From Arenicellales bacterium (GTDB lineage Bacteria; Pseudomonadota; Gammaproteobacteria; Arenicellales; Poriferihabitantaceae), in the NCBI GenBank assembly GCA_028285795.1, contig JAPYNL010000033.1, positions 6,447 to 70,446 on the forward strand: 64,000 nucleotides of DNA, read 5' to 3'. Below, piece after piece: positions 39,272-50,155 of this stretch; within the stretch, counting starts at the first letter, position 1, and the number at the start of each line of letters is the position of its first letter. The position numbers and the translations under genes were made by a program. Below the pieces are notes generated by a model. The model made no database searches. It was not told where the DNA came from and worked only from the letters and a program-made list of their open reading frames with translations.

Positions 39272-40425
39272 GAACCCTTCTCAAGCATATCCGCCACACA
39301 CTCGGCGGCCTTTCGACTTGCGTTCACCTGAAGCTGCTGCCGCAATGCGCGAAATTCCCCTTCAAGCCATTTGGCCTGCCCGGTATCGTCAATCAGTTTC
39401 CGAACGCACTCGCAGATATTTTCGGCACTGGCATGACGTTGAGTCAATTCCGGTATAGCTGGCTTCGATAGCAGATGATTGGGCATTGAATAGTGTGTCA
39501 CTTTTCTCAGCATTCTGAAAATAATCCAGGTCAACGGGGAAACCTTGTACACAACAACATGTCGACGCTCCATCAATGCCGCCTCCAGGGCAGCAGTGCC
39601 GGAAGCCAGAATCGCAAAATCACTCGCCTCCAGCACTTCGCGTGAACGGCCATCATGAAAGGTAACTGGAAGATCCGGAACTTCTCCCAACCGGTCAAAA
39701 AATATCTGTCGCATCCCGGGGCTTGCAAACGGCAGCACAAACTCGAAAGCCGGATCGGACTGATGCAGGAGACGAGCCGCATTGATCATGATCTCGGCAT
39801 GTCTCTGAATTTCGTAACTTCGGCTGCCCGGCAGCAATGCAATCAGGCGATGATCGATCTTGATGTCAAGACCCAGGTCACGTCTGGCCCGTTCCCGGTC
39901 GGGTTGCCGAATCTGATCGGCAATTGGATGCCCGACAAAACTGGCTGGCACTCGATGCTTCCTGTAATACTCGACTTCAAACGGAAACAGCACCAGCATT
40001 CGGCTGACGGATCGACGAATTTTATGAATTCGATATGCCCTCCATGCCCACACCGTTGGGCTTACATAGTGGACCGTAGGTATTCCGTTTTTTTTCAGTC
40101 TCGCGGCCAATGACAGATTGAAGTCGGGAACATCGACGCCTACAAATACGTCCAGCTTTGCGTAAAGGAACTTGCCGAACAGCGAGTTGCGAATTCCGAG
40201 AATCGCAATCAGACGCCTTGACACCCCATCCAGCCCCATCAATCCAATCTCTCCCATCTCATACAGCAGGTTGCATCCGGCTTCACGCATCCTGGGACCG
40301 CCTACACCAACAAAGCGGGCATTCGGATAGAGTGTCTTGAACTCGGAAATGAATCCGGCTCCGAGGGCATCGCCAGAAACCTCTCCGGCAACTATGCCGA
40401 CCAGCACAGAACGCTCTGACTTCAT
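39265..40425 (-). CDS. lpxB: Lipid-A-disaccharide synthase
   Basis: 386 aa with the N-terminus VAGEVSGDALGA. Cluster context is lpxA-lpxB-rnhB. Confidence 0.93.
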   Translation of the reverse strand: MKSERSVLVGIVAGEVSGDALGAGFISEFKTLYPNARFVGVGGPRMREAGCNLLYEMGEIGLMGLDGVSRRLIAILGIRNSLFGKFLYAKLDVFVGVDVPDFNLSLAARLKKNGIPTVHYVSPTVWAWRAYRIHKIRRSVSRMLVLFPFEVEYYRKHRVPASFVGHPIADQIRQPDRERARRDLGLDIKIDHRLIALLPGSRSYEIQRHAEIMINAARLLHQSDPAFEFVLPFASPGMRQIFFDRLGEVPDLPVTFHDGRSREVLEASDFAILASGTAALEAALMERRHVVVYKVSPLTWIIFRMLRKVTHYSMPNHLLSKPAIPELTQRHASAENICECVRKLIDDTGQAKWLEGEFRALRQQLQVNASRKAAECVADMLEKGSC

Positions 40426-40510
40426 GCTAGGGACTTGCCGGCGAACATTCGGACGCGGGAGGCTGTTGCAGGAAAATAAACTGACTTGCCGGATTCGGAA
40501 ACACCGTCGG

Positions 40511-41293
40511 TTAACGAACGATGCTGCGTTTTGAGCAGGTCATGAAATCAGCGAATGCCTGCACATGTTCACCATCTGAAAGATTGCGGATTTTCTCAAC
40601 TGCAGAAACCATATCCAGGCCATTGCGATAAAAAATCCGATACGCCTGATTCAGAAGATGAATCGTTTTACTGTCAAATTCTCGACGTTTCAGTCCCGTG
40701 TTGTTGATGCCATGGGGCTCAGCCGGATTGCCAGCCGCAACAATATAAGGCGGAATGTCCTGCAGGCATATACAGCCAATACCGGTAATGCAGTGCTGCC
40801 CGATCCGACAAAATTGATGAACCAGCGTAAACCCTCCCAAAATGGCATGACTTGCAACCTCAACATGACCGGCAAGACTTGCACCATTTGCGAAAATAAT
40901 TTGATCGCCCAATGTGCAGTCATGCGCGATGTGCGTATACGCCATCAGCATATTGTCATTGCCAATACGGGTCAAGCCACGACCTCCTATCTTGGCGTCA
41001 GTACCCCGGTTGATGGTCGAGTATTCGCGAATCGTGTTTCGATTGCCAATCAATAACCGGGTCGGCTCGCCTTCATAAGCCTGATGCTGCGGCATCTCCC
41101 CGATCGAGCAGTACTGAAAAATCCGATTCGCATCTCCAATATCGGTATGACTGCGAATGACCGCATGAGGCCCAACCCAAGTATTTCGCCCGATGCTGAC
41201 GTCCCCTTCAATAATTGAGTACGGCCCAATACTAACCCCCTCACCCAGTTTCGCTGAAGAATCAACAATGGCTGTAGGGTGAATTTCAGCCAT
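40511..41293 (-). CDS. lpxA: Acyl-ACP--UDP-N-acetylglucosamine O-acyltransferase
   Basis: 260 aa. MAEIHPTAIVDSSAKLGEGVSIGPYSII begins the hexapeptide repeats. The gene follows fabZ with an 8-nt overlap. Confidence 0.95.
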   Translation of the reverse strand: MAEIHPTAIVDSSAKLGEGVSIGPYSIIEGDVSIGRNTWVGPHAVIRSHTDIGDANRIFQYCSIGEMPQHQAYEGEPTRLLIGNRNTIREYSTINRGTDAKIGGRGLTRIGNDNMLMAYTHIAHDCTLGDQIIFANGASLAGHVEVASHAILGGFTLVHQFCRIGQHCITGIGCICLQDIPPYIVAAGNPAEPHGINNTGLKRREFDSKTIHLLNQAYRIFYRNGLDMVSAVEKIRNLSDGEHVQAFADFMTCSKRSIVR

Positions 41294-41753
41294 CTTCCGG
41301 TACGACTTGATAGGTAAAGATCACTTCAGCCACTGCCGCAACATGTTCATCGACCGTGGCTGTTGTCGCATATTTCCAGATCCGGCGTTTGTAGTTGGAC
41401 CGCTTGACCTCAAGGGCCAGGGAATCTCCCGGCTCCACCTGCCTCTTGAAACGCACGTTGTCAATACCGGCAAACAGAAAGATGATCCTGTCATCAATCT
41501 CATCGCCGACATCCAGGGCCGCGTGGATGGCCGAGGCCTGGGCCAGAGCCTCCAGAATCAGCACTCCGGGGAAAACCGGATGCTCCGGAAAGTGTCCCTG
41601 AAAGAAAGGCTCATTGACCGTCACATTCTTCAGCGCTGTGAGGGATTCCTGAGGTTGATAATCAAGCACCCGGTCAACCAGCAGAAACGGATACCGATGG
41701 GGCAGAATTCTTCTGATCTTGTGAATGTCAATAACCTTGGGATCTTCTGTCAT
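41286..41753 (-). CDS. fabZ: 3-hydroxyacyl-ACP dehydratase FabZ
   Basis: 155 aa. LPHRYPFLLVDRV...FFQGHFP..PVFPGVL is the FabZ signature. Confidence 0.95.
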   Translation of the reverse strand: MTEDPKVIDIHKIRRILPHRYPFLLVDRVLDYQPQESLTALKNVTVNEPFFQGHFPEHPVFPGVLILEALAQASAIHAALDVGDEIDDRIIFLFAGIDNVRFKRQVEPGDSLALEVKRSNYKRRIWKYATTATVDEHVAAVAEVIFTYQVVPEDG

Positions 41754-41833
41754 GTTTCTCTCGCTCTATCGCTGCGATAACCCTCGTAATGCGGTCTTGC
41801 TGTTGCGGTTCGATATTGGATGACTGCCCGGAC

Positions 41834-42808
41834 TCAGCCTGATTGGCCCAGTTTTCTCAGCACGGCAAGATTCTTGCGCCAGATCCTGGCACGCTGGGCT
41901 GGAATCATTGAAGCGTATTCACCGGGTTCAACAATATTTTTGGATACCAGGGTATTGGCCAGAATATCGACGTCATCTGCGATCTCAAGATGACCCAAAA
42001 TGGCAGCCCGGCCACCAATCCGGCAATTTGCCCCGATTCGCGTACTTCCCGCTATGCCGACACAACCTGCAATGACGGTATTTTCGCCAATTCGCACATT
42101 GTGCGCGATTTGAATCTGATTATCGAGTTTTACGCCATTTTCTATCACCGTGTTGTCAAGCGAGCCCCTGTCAATTGTCGTATTGGCGCCTACATCAACA
42201 TGATCCCCGATTTCTACCCGCCCCAACTGCTCAATTCTCTGCCAATGCCTGCCATTTCGTGCATAGCCAAAACCGGATGAACCGATCACGACACCAGCAG
42301 ATATCACACATTCACTGCCGATAACGGCAGAACCCGTAATCACAACCCGATCTTCAATAACCGTTCCCGAATTGATGAAAACCTTGTCGCCAACGTGTAC
42401 GCCTGACCCGATTTTCACGCCATGCCGAATGACTGCCCGGTCACCAATCACCGAAAATGGTCCGATACCGACATCATCCCCTATTGACGCAAGCCCGGAA
42501 ACCAGGGCATGGGGCGAGACACCCGGGCTTTGCTCACTCTCCTGGACAAACAGCTGGCTGGCCTGAGCATAGGCAAGATAGGGATCGGCAACGATTATTC
42601 GGTTCATCGGGAACAGTTCAGCATGCTCGGGCTTGAGAATTACGGCCCCGGCTTCGGTTGTCGGCTTATCCGGTCTGATCTGACCTGTATAAAAGGTCAG
42701 GCATCGGCTGCAAGCCATATGGATGCTGCTTAAGGCATCAACCGTAAAATCCGGATCGCCTTCCAGCTGGCCGTCCACCTTTTGAGCAATGGTCGCCAAG
42801 GTCATCAT
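41834..42808 (-). CDS. lpxD: UDP-3-O-acylglucosamine N-acyltransferase
   Basis: 324 aa with hexapeptide repeats. It sits between skp and fabZ. Confidence 0.92.
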   Translation of the reverse strand: MMTLATIAQKVDGQLEGDPDFTVDALSSIHMACSRCLTFYTGQIRPDKPTTEAGAVILKPEHAELFPMNRIIVADPYLAYAQASQLFVQESEQSPGVSPHALVSGLASIGDDVGIGPFSVIGDRAVIRHGVKIGSGVHVGDKVFINSGTVIEDRVVITGSAVIGSECVISAGVVIGSSGFGYARNGRHWQRIEQLGRVEIGDHVDVGANTTIDRGSLDNTVIENGVKLDNQIQIAHNVRIGENTVIAGCVGIAGSTRIGANCRIGGRAAILGHLEIADDVDILANTLVSKNIVEPGEYASMIPAQRARIWRKNLAVLRKLGQSG

Positions 42809-42854
42809 TGCGACAATCCCGAATATTCAGATGGGCAGACAAGTTATCGGGATC

Positions 42855-43376
42855 TCAAGAGTCACCTCCTTCCTCAAACATGCGTTCGAGTTCCTGGAGT
42901 ATGGTGTCGGTCAAGTCAATATTGCTGCTTGCGTAAACCACTTGCTGCAGCACCAAGTCAATCTGTCGCTCACGGGCAACCCGAAAAATCACTTCGGTAA
43001 TCATTTCTTCGAGTCGGGCAATCCCCTGATTGCGGTTTCTGCTATAGTTATTATTGTATATTTCCTGCTCTCTTCGCAAGGAACGCTGCAAATCGGTCAA
43101 TTCCTGCAGTTTGGCATCAACCTCTTCCGAAGTCATCAACAGTGAATTCTTCTTGAGTTCCTCTTCCTCGGCAACGAAATTATCCATACGCCGCTGCAAA
43201 TCCTGCCTTCTGACTCCAAACTCCTCTTCGAGTTTCTGCATCTCGGCCTTGCCCTGGGGCGATTCATCAATCAGTCTCAGCGCATCAACATAAGCTATGC
43301 TTTGAGCCATGAGTTGGGTTGGCAGTGCCAGCATTCCAATACACAATGCGAAGATGAGGCTTGAAATCGATTTCAT
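42855..43376 (-). CDS. skp: Periplasmic chaperone Skp (OmpH)
   Basis: The signal peptide MKSISSLIFALCIGMLALPTQLMAQ is followed by a coiled-coil OmpH-like body, so I chose this internal Met. The tracked ORF extends to 43511, into bamA. Confidence 0.85.
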   Translation of the reverse strand: MKSISSLIFALCIGMLALPTQLMAQSIAYVDALRLIDESPQGKAEMQKLEEEFGVRRQDLQRRMDNFVAEEEELKKNSLLMTSEEVDAKLQELTDLQRSLRREQEIYNNNYSRNRNQGIARLEEMITEVIFRVARERQIDLVLQQVVYASSNIDLTDTILQELERMFEEGGDS

Positions 43377-43434
43377 GATTGACGGATACCGATGTGAATA
43401 GTGATTGTTGCGGGATTTTTTCTGAGTGAATACG

Positions 43435-45747
43435 TTACCTGAATACTGTTCCCAGCGAAATTTGCAGCTCCTGAATGTCATCACCATCCTCCTTGTTGAG
43501 CGGCACGCCATAGCTGATGGTCAACGGACCAATTGCCGAAAACCAGTTGAAGAAGAATCCCGCAGAATAACGCATGTCGTCCAGTTCGACCGGATCATCG
43601 CCAGCCCACACCCAGCCACCATCAGAAAACAGGCCAATCCGCTTGTCTTTGGCCTCTGATCCAAAGGTTGGGAACAGCAGTTCGGCATTCATCAACAGGC
43701 GCTTGCTGCCGCCTGTCGGCTTGGGAGTGATATTTCTTTGCCTGTTTTCCTTGGAGTCTGCCGACTTGGGACCGAGTGAACGGGAACCATATCCTCGTAC
43801 GGTTCTCGATCCCCCGGCAAAATAATTCTTGAAGAACGGCAAGCCTCCGTTATCCGCAGTTTCGCCGTAACCGTCCCCATACCCGAGGCTCAAACTGCCC
43901 TTGAAAGACATTCTGTTGATGGGAATGTAGTAGGAACCCTGCAAGTTTACCTTGTAAAACTCAAAATCACTTCCCGGGACGCTCCACTCGACATTTGCAA
44001 GGCCCGTACTGCCATCGGTGGGGAAGAAAAAGTCGTTCCGGCTGTCCCGAAAGATTCCCGCATTGACAATTAGCTGGTCAGCATTCGGATACTGATCAAT
44101 CACCCGGGTAAACTCGTGGGGCGTCTGGCTGCCCGATTCAAGCTCAAGGCCTTCCAGAGTAAGACCGACATTGAACGAATTCGTCTCCGAAATCGGTATC
44201 CGGTAATTGGTGCCAATCGAGTCGGAAGACAGTATGTACTCTGCCGTATCAATGTCGCTGGAATCGACATCCCGAGTTTGCAAGCTGATCTTGCGACTGA
44301 TTCCATCCTCCGTCAGATAGGGGTTGGTATAGTCAATCGAGACCTCTTCGACAGCATCCGAGTTGTTAAACGCAAGCGCAAGCTCCTTGCCTGTACCGAA
44401 CAGGTTGCGTTGCTGGAACTGAAGGCCAAAAAGCACACCGTCATCATCCGAATAGCCGACTGATGCAAGTGCCGAACCCGTTGAACGCTCCTTGACCACA
44501 ACCTGCAGGTCAACCTGTTCCTGGGTGCCCGGAACGGGAATGGTATCGATGGTCACCGACTCGAATAATCCCAGACGCTGCAGGCGGCTTTTTGAAATAT
44601 TGATCAGGGCTGAAGAATACCAGGCCCCTTCAAGCTGACGCATCTCCCTGCGTATGACCTCATCCCGGGTATAGCGGTTGCCGACAATATCGATAATCCG
44701 CACGTAGACGCGCCGATTCTCGACCACTGTAATCACGGTGTCAATCGTCAGGGTTTCTTCCTGGACAACTGACTGCATGCGAATGTCGTGAAAGGGGAAT
44801 CCCTTTGCAGAATAATAATCCGAGATCGCACTTTGCGAGGCACTGATCCTGGCGCGCGAGAAAATATCCCCGGATTCCATGGTCACGCGGGAGTAGACTT
44901 CCTCCTGATCTGTTTCTGAAACGCCTTCAACGATCGTTTCCCCAAACCGGTACTGCTCACCCTCATCAAGTACGATGTTGATGAATATGTCCTGCTTGTT
45001 GGGACTGATTTCCACCGTGGATGAAATCACTTCAAATCTATAATAGCCCCGATTGAGATAAAATGCGCGAATGCTTTCGATATCGGCTTCAAGTTGCTGC
45101 TTGGAGTACTGGTCCTTTCTGGAAAAAAGACTGAATCCGCGTCTGCTTTTGAGGCGCATTTCATCAAGCACTTCGTCCAGATCCTCTTTTTCGGCACCCA
45201 CAATGCTGATCTGCTTGATGCGGGCTTCTCTCCCTTCATTGATCTCGATAGCCAAGTCGACCCGGTTGTCATCGAGATCCTTGACTGATGTTGCGACGGA
45301 TGCGGAATACTGGCCCAGGGAATGGTAGGTATTCTGAAGACTGCGTTCAAAATCATTCAGGGCCGGCTGCCTGAAGATGCGACCTTCAATCAATCCGGCA
45401 TCCCTGAGACCCTGTTCAATATTTTCGGTCTTGATTTCCCGGTTGCCAGTGATGGTAATGGTCCTGATTGAGGGACGCTCAACCACCTTGACCACCAGTA
45501 TGGTTCCCTCCTGTTCCAGCTGAACATCCTGAAAAAAGCCGGTCCCGAACAGTTCCTTGATGCTGAGACGGGTTTCTTCCTCATCAACTTCATCGCCCAC
45601 CTTGAGAGGCAGGTAGTTGAATACCGTCCCTTCTTCCAGACGCGTCAATCCTTCTACCCGAATATCGGTGATAACAAAAGGTTCGACAGCATGCACCAAC
45701 CCGGTCAGGGCAAGGATGACTGCCAGCAATGCCAATCGTCGTTTCAT
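43435..45747 (-). CDS. bamA: Outer membrane protein assembly factor BamA
   Basis: 770 aa with a signal peptide, POTRA repeats and a C-terminal beta-barrel ending in ...GTVF(R). Confidence 0.95.
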   Translation of the reverse strand: MKRRLALLAVILALTGLVHAVEPFVITDIRVEGLTRLEEGTVFNYLPLKVGDEVDEEETRLSIKELFGTGFFQDVQLEQEGTILVVKVVERPSIRTITITGNREIKTENIEQGLRDAGLIEGRIFRQPALNDFERSLQNTYHSLGQYSASVATSVKDLDDNRVDLAIEINEGREARIKQISIVGAEKEDLDEVLDEMRLKSRRGFSLFSRKDQYSKQQLEADIESIRAFYLNRGYYRFEVISSTVEISPNKQDIFINIVLDEGEQYRFGETIVEGVSETDQEEVYSRVTMESGDIFSRARISASQSAISDYYSAKGFPFHDIRMQSVVQEETLTIDTVITVVENRRVYVRIIDIVGNRYTRDEVIRREMRQLEGAWYSSALINISKSRLQRLGLFESVTIDTIPVPGTQEQVDLQVVVKERSTGSALASVGYSDDDGVLFGLQFQQRNLFGTGKELALAFNNSDAVEEVSIDYTNPYLTEDGISRKISLQTRDVDSSDIDTAEYILSSDSIGTNYRIPISETNSFNVGLTLEGLELESGSQTPHEFTRVIDQYPNADQLIVNAGIFRDSRNDFFFPTDGSTGLANVEWSVPGSDFEFYKVNLQGSYYIPINRMSFKGSLSLGYGDGYGETADNGGLPFFKNYFAGGSRTVRGYGSRSLGPKSADSKENRQRNITPKPTGGSKRLLMNAELLFPTFGSEAKDKRIGLFSDGGWVWAGDDPVELDDMRYSAGFFFNWFSAIGPLTISYGVPLNKEDGDDIQELQISLGTVFR

Positions 45748-45908
45748 GCTTTCGCCTGCATCCTGACAGCAAGGCAGTCAAGCCCCTGACAATGGAGTCC
45801 CGAAACCCTCATGCAGGTTCTGTCCAGGGCAACCCGCTGCGGTAGCCTGAATTCAAGTTTGGGATATGGTGAAAGGGTCATGATTTAATAGACAGATTGG
45901 AACCAGCC

Positions 45909-47249
45909 TTAAAACAATCTCATTATATCGTTATAAAACGCCAAAATGGTAAGAACGACAATAGCGGATATTCCGATTTTCTGGCCAATGAGCATGGCCT
46001 CATCCGAAGGCTTTCTGCCGGTGATGCCTTCATAGAGGAAATACATCAAGTGACCGCCATCCAGAACGGGTATCGGCAAAAGATTGAGCAAACCCAGGCT
46101 GATACTGATCAAGGCGAGAAAAGACAGGAATTCAGTCAGCCCATTCTCTGCAGTTCGTCCCGCTACCCTGGCAATGGTAATCGGTCCGGATAAGTTCTCG
46201 GAAGACATTTGCGCAGTAATCATCCGGCCGATCGATTTCAGGGTCACAACAGTCAGTAGATAGCTTTGTTCCACGGACTGCAATATCGATTCAACAGGAC
46301 CAAGCCGAAATATCATGCCCTCGGGTTCGGGCCGGTAAATGCCAATTCGACCCTGACGGACACCGTTTGCGTCAACAATGTCCGGAACAATCGTGACCTC
46401 AAGCTCGCCATCATCACGCTCGACAGTCAACACCGCTCGCTCACCCGGTCGTTTGGCAACCTGACTGGCCAAATCAATCCAGTCATTGATCTTTTCGTTG
46501 TCGACGGCGGTGATAATGTCGCCCGAAACCAGGCCGGCCCGGTCAGCGGGCATGCCGGGAACCGGATCAAGGATTCTTGCGGGTGGCGGCGGTGGACCGA
46601 TGCCCATAATCGAGGTTATCGGCTGCCCCACAATCCCTTGCTGATCAAACAGTCCGAAATCCACTACGATTTCCTTGACGTCGGAACCGGAGGTTTCGAC
46701 CATGAACACGGTTTGATGGCCCTGCATTGCCCGGTTCATGAGGTAAAGCTGATGCTGGCGCCAGGCCTTGACTGGGCGCCCATCGACCTGCACCAGCCGA
46801 TCACCCAGCTGAAAGCCGGCCTGTTCGGCTACAGACTGTTCCAGAATCTGGCCTACCACAGGCGGATAATCCCTATTGCCTATCATCAATGCCAGCCAGA
46901 TTGCAAGAACGGCAAACAGGAAATTGAACGCAGGACCGGCAAATACAATCAACGAGCGTGCGATGAGTGACTTGCCATTGAACTCTAAATTCCGTTCATG
47001 CTCCGGGATCGGGCCTTCCCGCTCATCCAGCATCTTGACATACCCGCCTAACGGGATCATTCCAATCGAGTATTCGGTCGGATCGTTTTCCCTGCGCCAA
47101 GTCAGAATAGGCTTGCCAAAACCAATCGAGAATTTAAGGACCTTGACGCCACACTTGCGGGCGACCCAGAAATGGCCAAACTCATGCACGCCAACCAGAA
47201 TGACGATTGCAAGGGTAAATGCAAGAACCGTGTAAGTGATGCCTTCCAT
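45909..47249 (-). CDS. rseP: Site-2 zinc metalloprotease RseP
   Basis: 446 aa with the HEFGHFWVAR zinc motif, PDZ region and the distal NLLPIPVLDGGH motif. Confidence 0.95.
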   Translation of the reverse strand: MEGITYTVLAFTLAIVILVGVHEFGHFWVARKCGVKVLKFSIGFGKPILTWRRENDPTEYSIGMIPLGGYVKMLDEREGPIPEHERNLEFNGKSLIARSLIVFAGPAFNFLFAVLAIWLALMIGNRDYPPVVGQILEQSVAEQAGFQLGDRLVQVDGRPVKAWRQHQLYLMNRAMQGHQTVFMVETSGSDVKEIVVDFGLFDQQGIVGQPITSIMGIGPPPPPARILDPVPGMPADRAGLVSGDIITAVDNEKINDWIDLASQVAKRPGERAVLTVERDDGELEVTIVPDIVDANGVRQGRIGIYRPEPEGMIFRLGPVESILQSVEQSYLLTVVTLKSIGRMITAQMSSENLSGPITIARVAGRTAENGLTEFLSFLALISISLGLLNLLPIPVLDGGHLMYFLYEGITGRKPSDEAMLIGQKIGISAIVVLTILAFYNDIMRLF

Positions 47250-47271
47250 GACTGGGAACCTTCGCCGATAC

Positions 47272-48489
47272 TTAAACCGAATGGGCTGTCGTTTTTCGTT
47301 CCCGGAGCATTGCCTGACAGAATGTTCGGGCTTCGCTATCTGCCTTCAGCGAGCGTTCCAGGTCAACCCGGTCATCAATGGATACATTCTCAAGTGCCGT
47401 CTCAACCATCTGCACGAGCTCATCGAAGCGAATCCTGCGGTTCAGGAATGCATCAACTGCGATCTCATTTGCCGCATTCATCACGGTCGGGGCGGTACCT
47501 CCACGTTCCGCCACTTCCCGGGCAAGTCTCAATGAAGGGAAGCGAACGGGATCGGGGCGCCCGAAATCAAAATCCGAGAGCTGGCTGAAGACAGGCGCAT
47601 CAACACCCGATTCAATCCGCTCCGGCCATCCCAAGGCATTGGCGATGGGAATTCTCATATCCGGCATACCCATCTGGGCAATCACCGATCCGTCCAGGTA
47701 TTCAACCATCGAGTGAATAATGCTTTGCGGGTGGATCACTATTTCAACTTGCCTGTGGCTCACGCCAAACAGGCGACAGACTTCGATGAGCTCCAGCGCC
47801 TTGTTCATCATGGTTGCTGAATCGACAGAGATCTTCTTGCCCATTTCCCAGTTGGGATGGGCAATAGCCTGTTCCGGAGTCACCTCCGGCATTTTATCAA
47901 GGTCGATGGTGCGAAGCGGGCCACCTGAGCCTGTAAGCAGAATTTTACGGACTCCCATCTCGCCTGTAATCCGTGGCGACCCCTCTTTCTCAAAGGTTCC
48001 AGTCCTCGGCAGGCACTGGAATATTGCGTTATGCTCACTGTCTACTGGCAGTAATACGGATCCATGTTCCCGAGCGAGCTGAACGATATAGTCGCCCAAC
48101 ATCACCAAAGGCTCCTTATTGGCGATCAATTGCCGTTTTCCAGCCTTGGCAGCAGTGATTACCGGTTGCAGGCCGGCGGCTCCGACGATACCGTTGACGA
48201 TCGACTCTGCCGGCCCGCAGGCAATGCTCATGATCCCCTGCTCACCGTCAAGGACCTCAATGTCGAACCCTGCATTTCTCAAACGGCCATCAAGCTCTTC
48301 AGCGGAAGCCGCATCTGACATGGCAACAGTCTTCGGAGAAAACTGAATGCATTGCTCATAGATGATGTCCACACTGTTTCTTGCCGTTAGCGCAGCAATG
48401 TGAAAACGATCAGGATGACGGGACACCACGTCAAGCGTGGATTGACCGATGGAGCCGGTCGATCCCAAAATGGCGACTCCAATCGTCAT
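47272..48489 (-). CDS. dxr: 1-deoxy-D-xylulose 5-phosphate reductoisomerase
   Basis: ILGSTGSIGQSTLDV is the NADPH-binding N-terminus. I chose the start at 48489, which forms an ATGA overlap with the cdsA stop. The tracked ORF extends to 48504. Confidence 0.95.
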   Translation of the reverse strand: MTIGVAILGSTGSIGQSTLDVVSRHPDRFHIAALTARNSVDIIYEQCIQFSPKTVAMSDAASAEELDGRLRNAGFDIEVLDGEQGIMSIACGPAESIVNGIVGAAGLQPVITAAKAGKRQLIANKEPLVMLGDYIVQLAREHGSVLLPVDSEHNAIFQCLPRTGTFEKEGSPRITGEMGVRKILLTGSGGPLRTIDLDKMPEVTPEQAIAHPNWEMGKKISVDSATMMNKALELIEVCRLFGVSHRQVEIVIHPQSIIHSMVEYLDGSVIAQMGMPDMRIPIANALGWPERIESGVDAPVFSQLSDFDFGRPDPVRFPSLRLAREVAERGGTAPTVMNAANEIAVDAFLNRRIRFDELVQMVETALENVSIDDRVDLERSLKADSEARTFCQAMLRERKTTAHSV

Positions 48490-49307
48490 CGGAGCAACGG
48501 CCATCCGGCAGCCATCACCGGCAAGGCTGCAATCATGCTGTCAATGCGGTCAAGAATCCCGCCATGGCCGGGAAGCATTTGGCCACTGTCCTTGACTCCC
48601 GCAATCCGCTTGAGGCGGCTTTCGTACAAGTCTCCGATAATGCAGACAGTTCCGATAATCAGACCCAGAGCAATCCATAGCAGCAATTTCCCTGCATCCA
48701 GGCCAAGCATTGCAAAACCGGTAATGCATGCCAATGCCAGACTACCTGCCATGCCACCAAAAACGCCTTCGATGGTTTTGCCCGGGCTTAATTCAGGTGC
48801 CAGCTTTCTGCGGCCAAAGCCTTTTCCGACGAAGTAGGCGGAAATGTCAGTTGCCCAGACCATTAGCAATACCGAAATCAACAGCATTGGCCCAACATCT
48901 GTCCAGCTGTGAATCAGCACCAGGGCGGACCACGTACCAGACATCAGAAACATTCCCATGAAATATGAATTTACAGCGCCATGGAATGAATCCAGCCTGT
49001 TGATCACGAGATCCACACTGATGCCCATCCACAGGCAGCTGGAAAGCAGGCAGAGGGTCATGAGCAGGGCCGGATGTTCACGACCCAGGAAAACCAGCAC
49101 GGCAAACGGAATGACGGACACGAAAAAAGCCAGAATACCCTGTCCCTTGAGTATAGCCCATTCCCAAAGGCCCAAAACAACGATGCCTCCGCAAATCAGA
49201 TCGAACCAGAGATCATCAATGGCAAGGATCAGCGAGATCGCGGAAAGTGCCAGTATGGCGGCGGTAATGATGCGTCGCCAGTTCACGCGCTTTCCTTGAT
49301 CTGGCAC
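48486..49307 (-). CDS. cdsA: Phosphatidate cytidylyltransferase
   Basis: 273 aa, polytopic. SRLKRIAGVKDSGQMLPGHGGILDRIDS is the CdsA signature. Confidence 0.93.
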   Translation of the reverse strand: MPDQGKRVNWRRIITAAILALSAISLILAIDDLWFDLICGGIVVLGLWEWAILKGQGILAFFVSVIPFAVLVFLGREHPALLMTLCLLSSCLWMGISVDLVINRLDSFHGAVNSYFMGMFLMSGTWSALVLIHSWTDVGPMLLISVLLMVWATDISAYFVGKGFGRRKLAPELSPGKTIEGVFGGMAGSLALACITGFAMLGLDAGKLLLWIALGLIIGTVCIIGDLYESRLKRIAGVKDSGQMLPGHGGILDRIDSMIAALPVMAAGWPLLR

Positions 49308-50086
49308 TCTATGTTCCCAAAGCGACGCTGTCTTTCGGCATAGTCATTCAGGGCACACTCGAAGCAATCAACATCAAAATCAGGCCAGTAAGTATCGGTG
49401 AAAAACAATTCGGTGTAGGCGAGTTGCCAGAGAATGAAATTGCTGATCCGAATTTCACCACCCGTCCGGATAAACAGGTCGGGATCGGGCAGATCATGCG
49501 TGCACAGGTGCGATTCAATGAGCTGCCGGCTGATTTCTGCTGCCGCCAGACTGCCGCTTTCAACCATCCTTGCGATGGATTTACATGCATTCTGAATATC
49601 CCATTGACCACCATAGTTCAATGCGATCGTCAGGGTCATTGAGCAATTGTTTAAGGTTTGCTGACAGGTTCTTTCGATTGATTTCTGTAGTGAGTCCGGA
49701 AAGCGGCTGATATCCCCGATCACCGAGAGTTTGATGTCGTTATCGATCAGGAGCCGTGCCTCGGTATCGATCGAGGCACACAGCAAATCAGTCAGCACTC
49801 TCACCTCTTCTTGCGGGCGACTCCAGTTTTCACTGCTGAACGCAAACAGGGTCAGGTAGAAAATACCGCGATGACGACAGTACTTGACGAGTTCCCGAAC
49901 GGCGTCGACCCCCTTTTTGTGTCCAGCTGTCCTTGGCAAGCCCTGCTGCATGGCCCAGCGGCCATTGCCATCCATGATCATGGCGACATGATGAGGCAAT
50001 GAATCCTGCTGATTACGATTTGAAATGCCTGCACGAGGCACACTGCATACCTCCTTCATTGTGCCTCGACAAGGTAATCGGGACAA
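49283..50086 (-). CDS. uppS: Undecaprenyl diphosphate synthase
   Basis: HVAMIMDGNGRWA and the cis-prenyltransferase body support the call. The start may instead be the Met at 50059. Confidence 0.92.
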   Translation of the reverse strand: MSRLPCRGTMKEVCSVPRAGISNRNQQDSLPHHVAMIMDGNGRWAMQQGLPRTAGHKKGVDAVRELVKYCRHRGIFYLTLFAFSSENWSRPQEEVRVLTDLLCASIDTEARLLIDNDIKLSVIGDISRFPDSLQKSIERTCQQTLNNCSMTLTIALNYGGQWDIQNACKSIARMVESGSLAAAEISRQLIESHLCTHDLPDPDLFIRTGGEIRISNFILWQLAYTELFFTDTYWPDFDVDCFECALNDYAERQRRFGNIECQIKESA

Positions 50087-50155
50087 CCCGGATAAACCAT
50101 GCTTCTAACGTATGCCATGGTTTCGTTAGCGAGCCCCTCGAACACGCATGATGCC

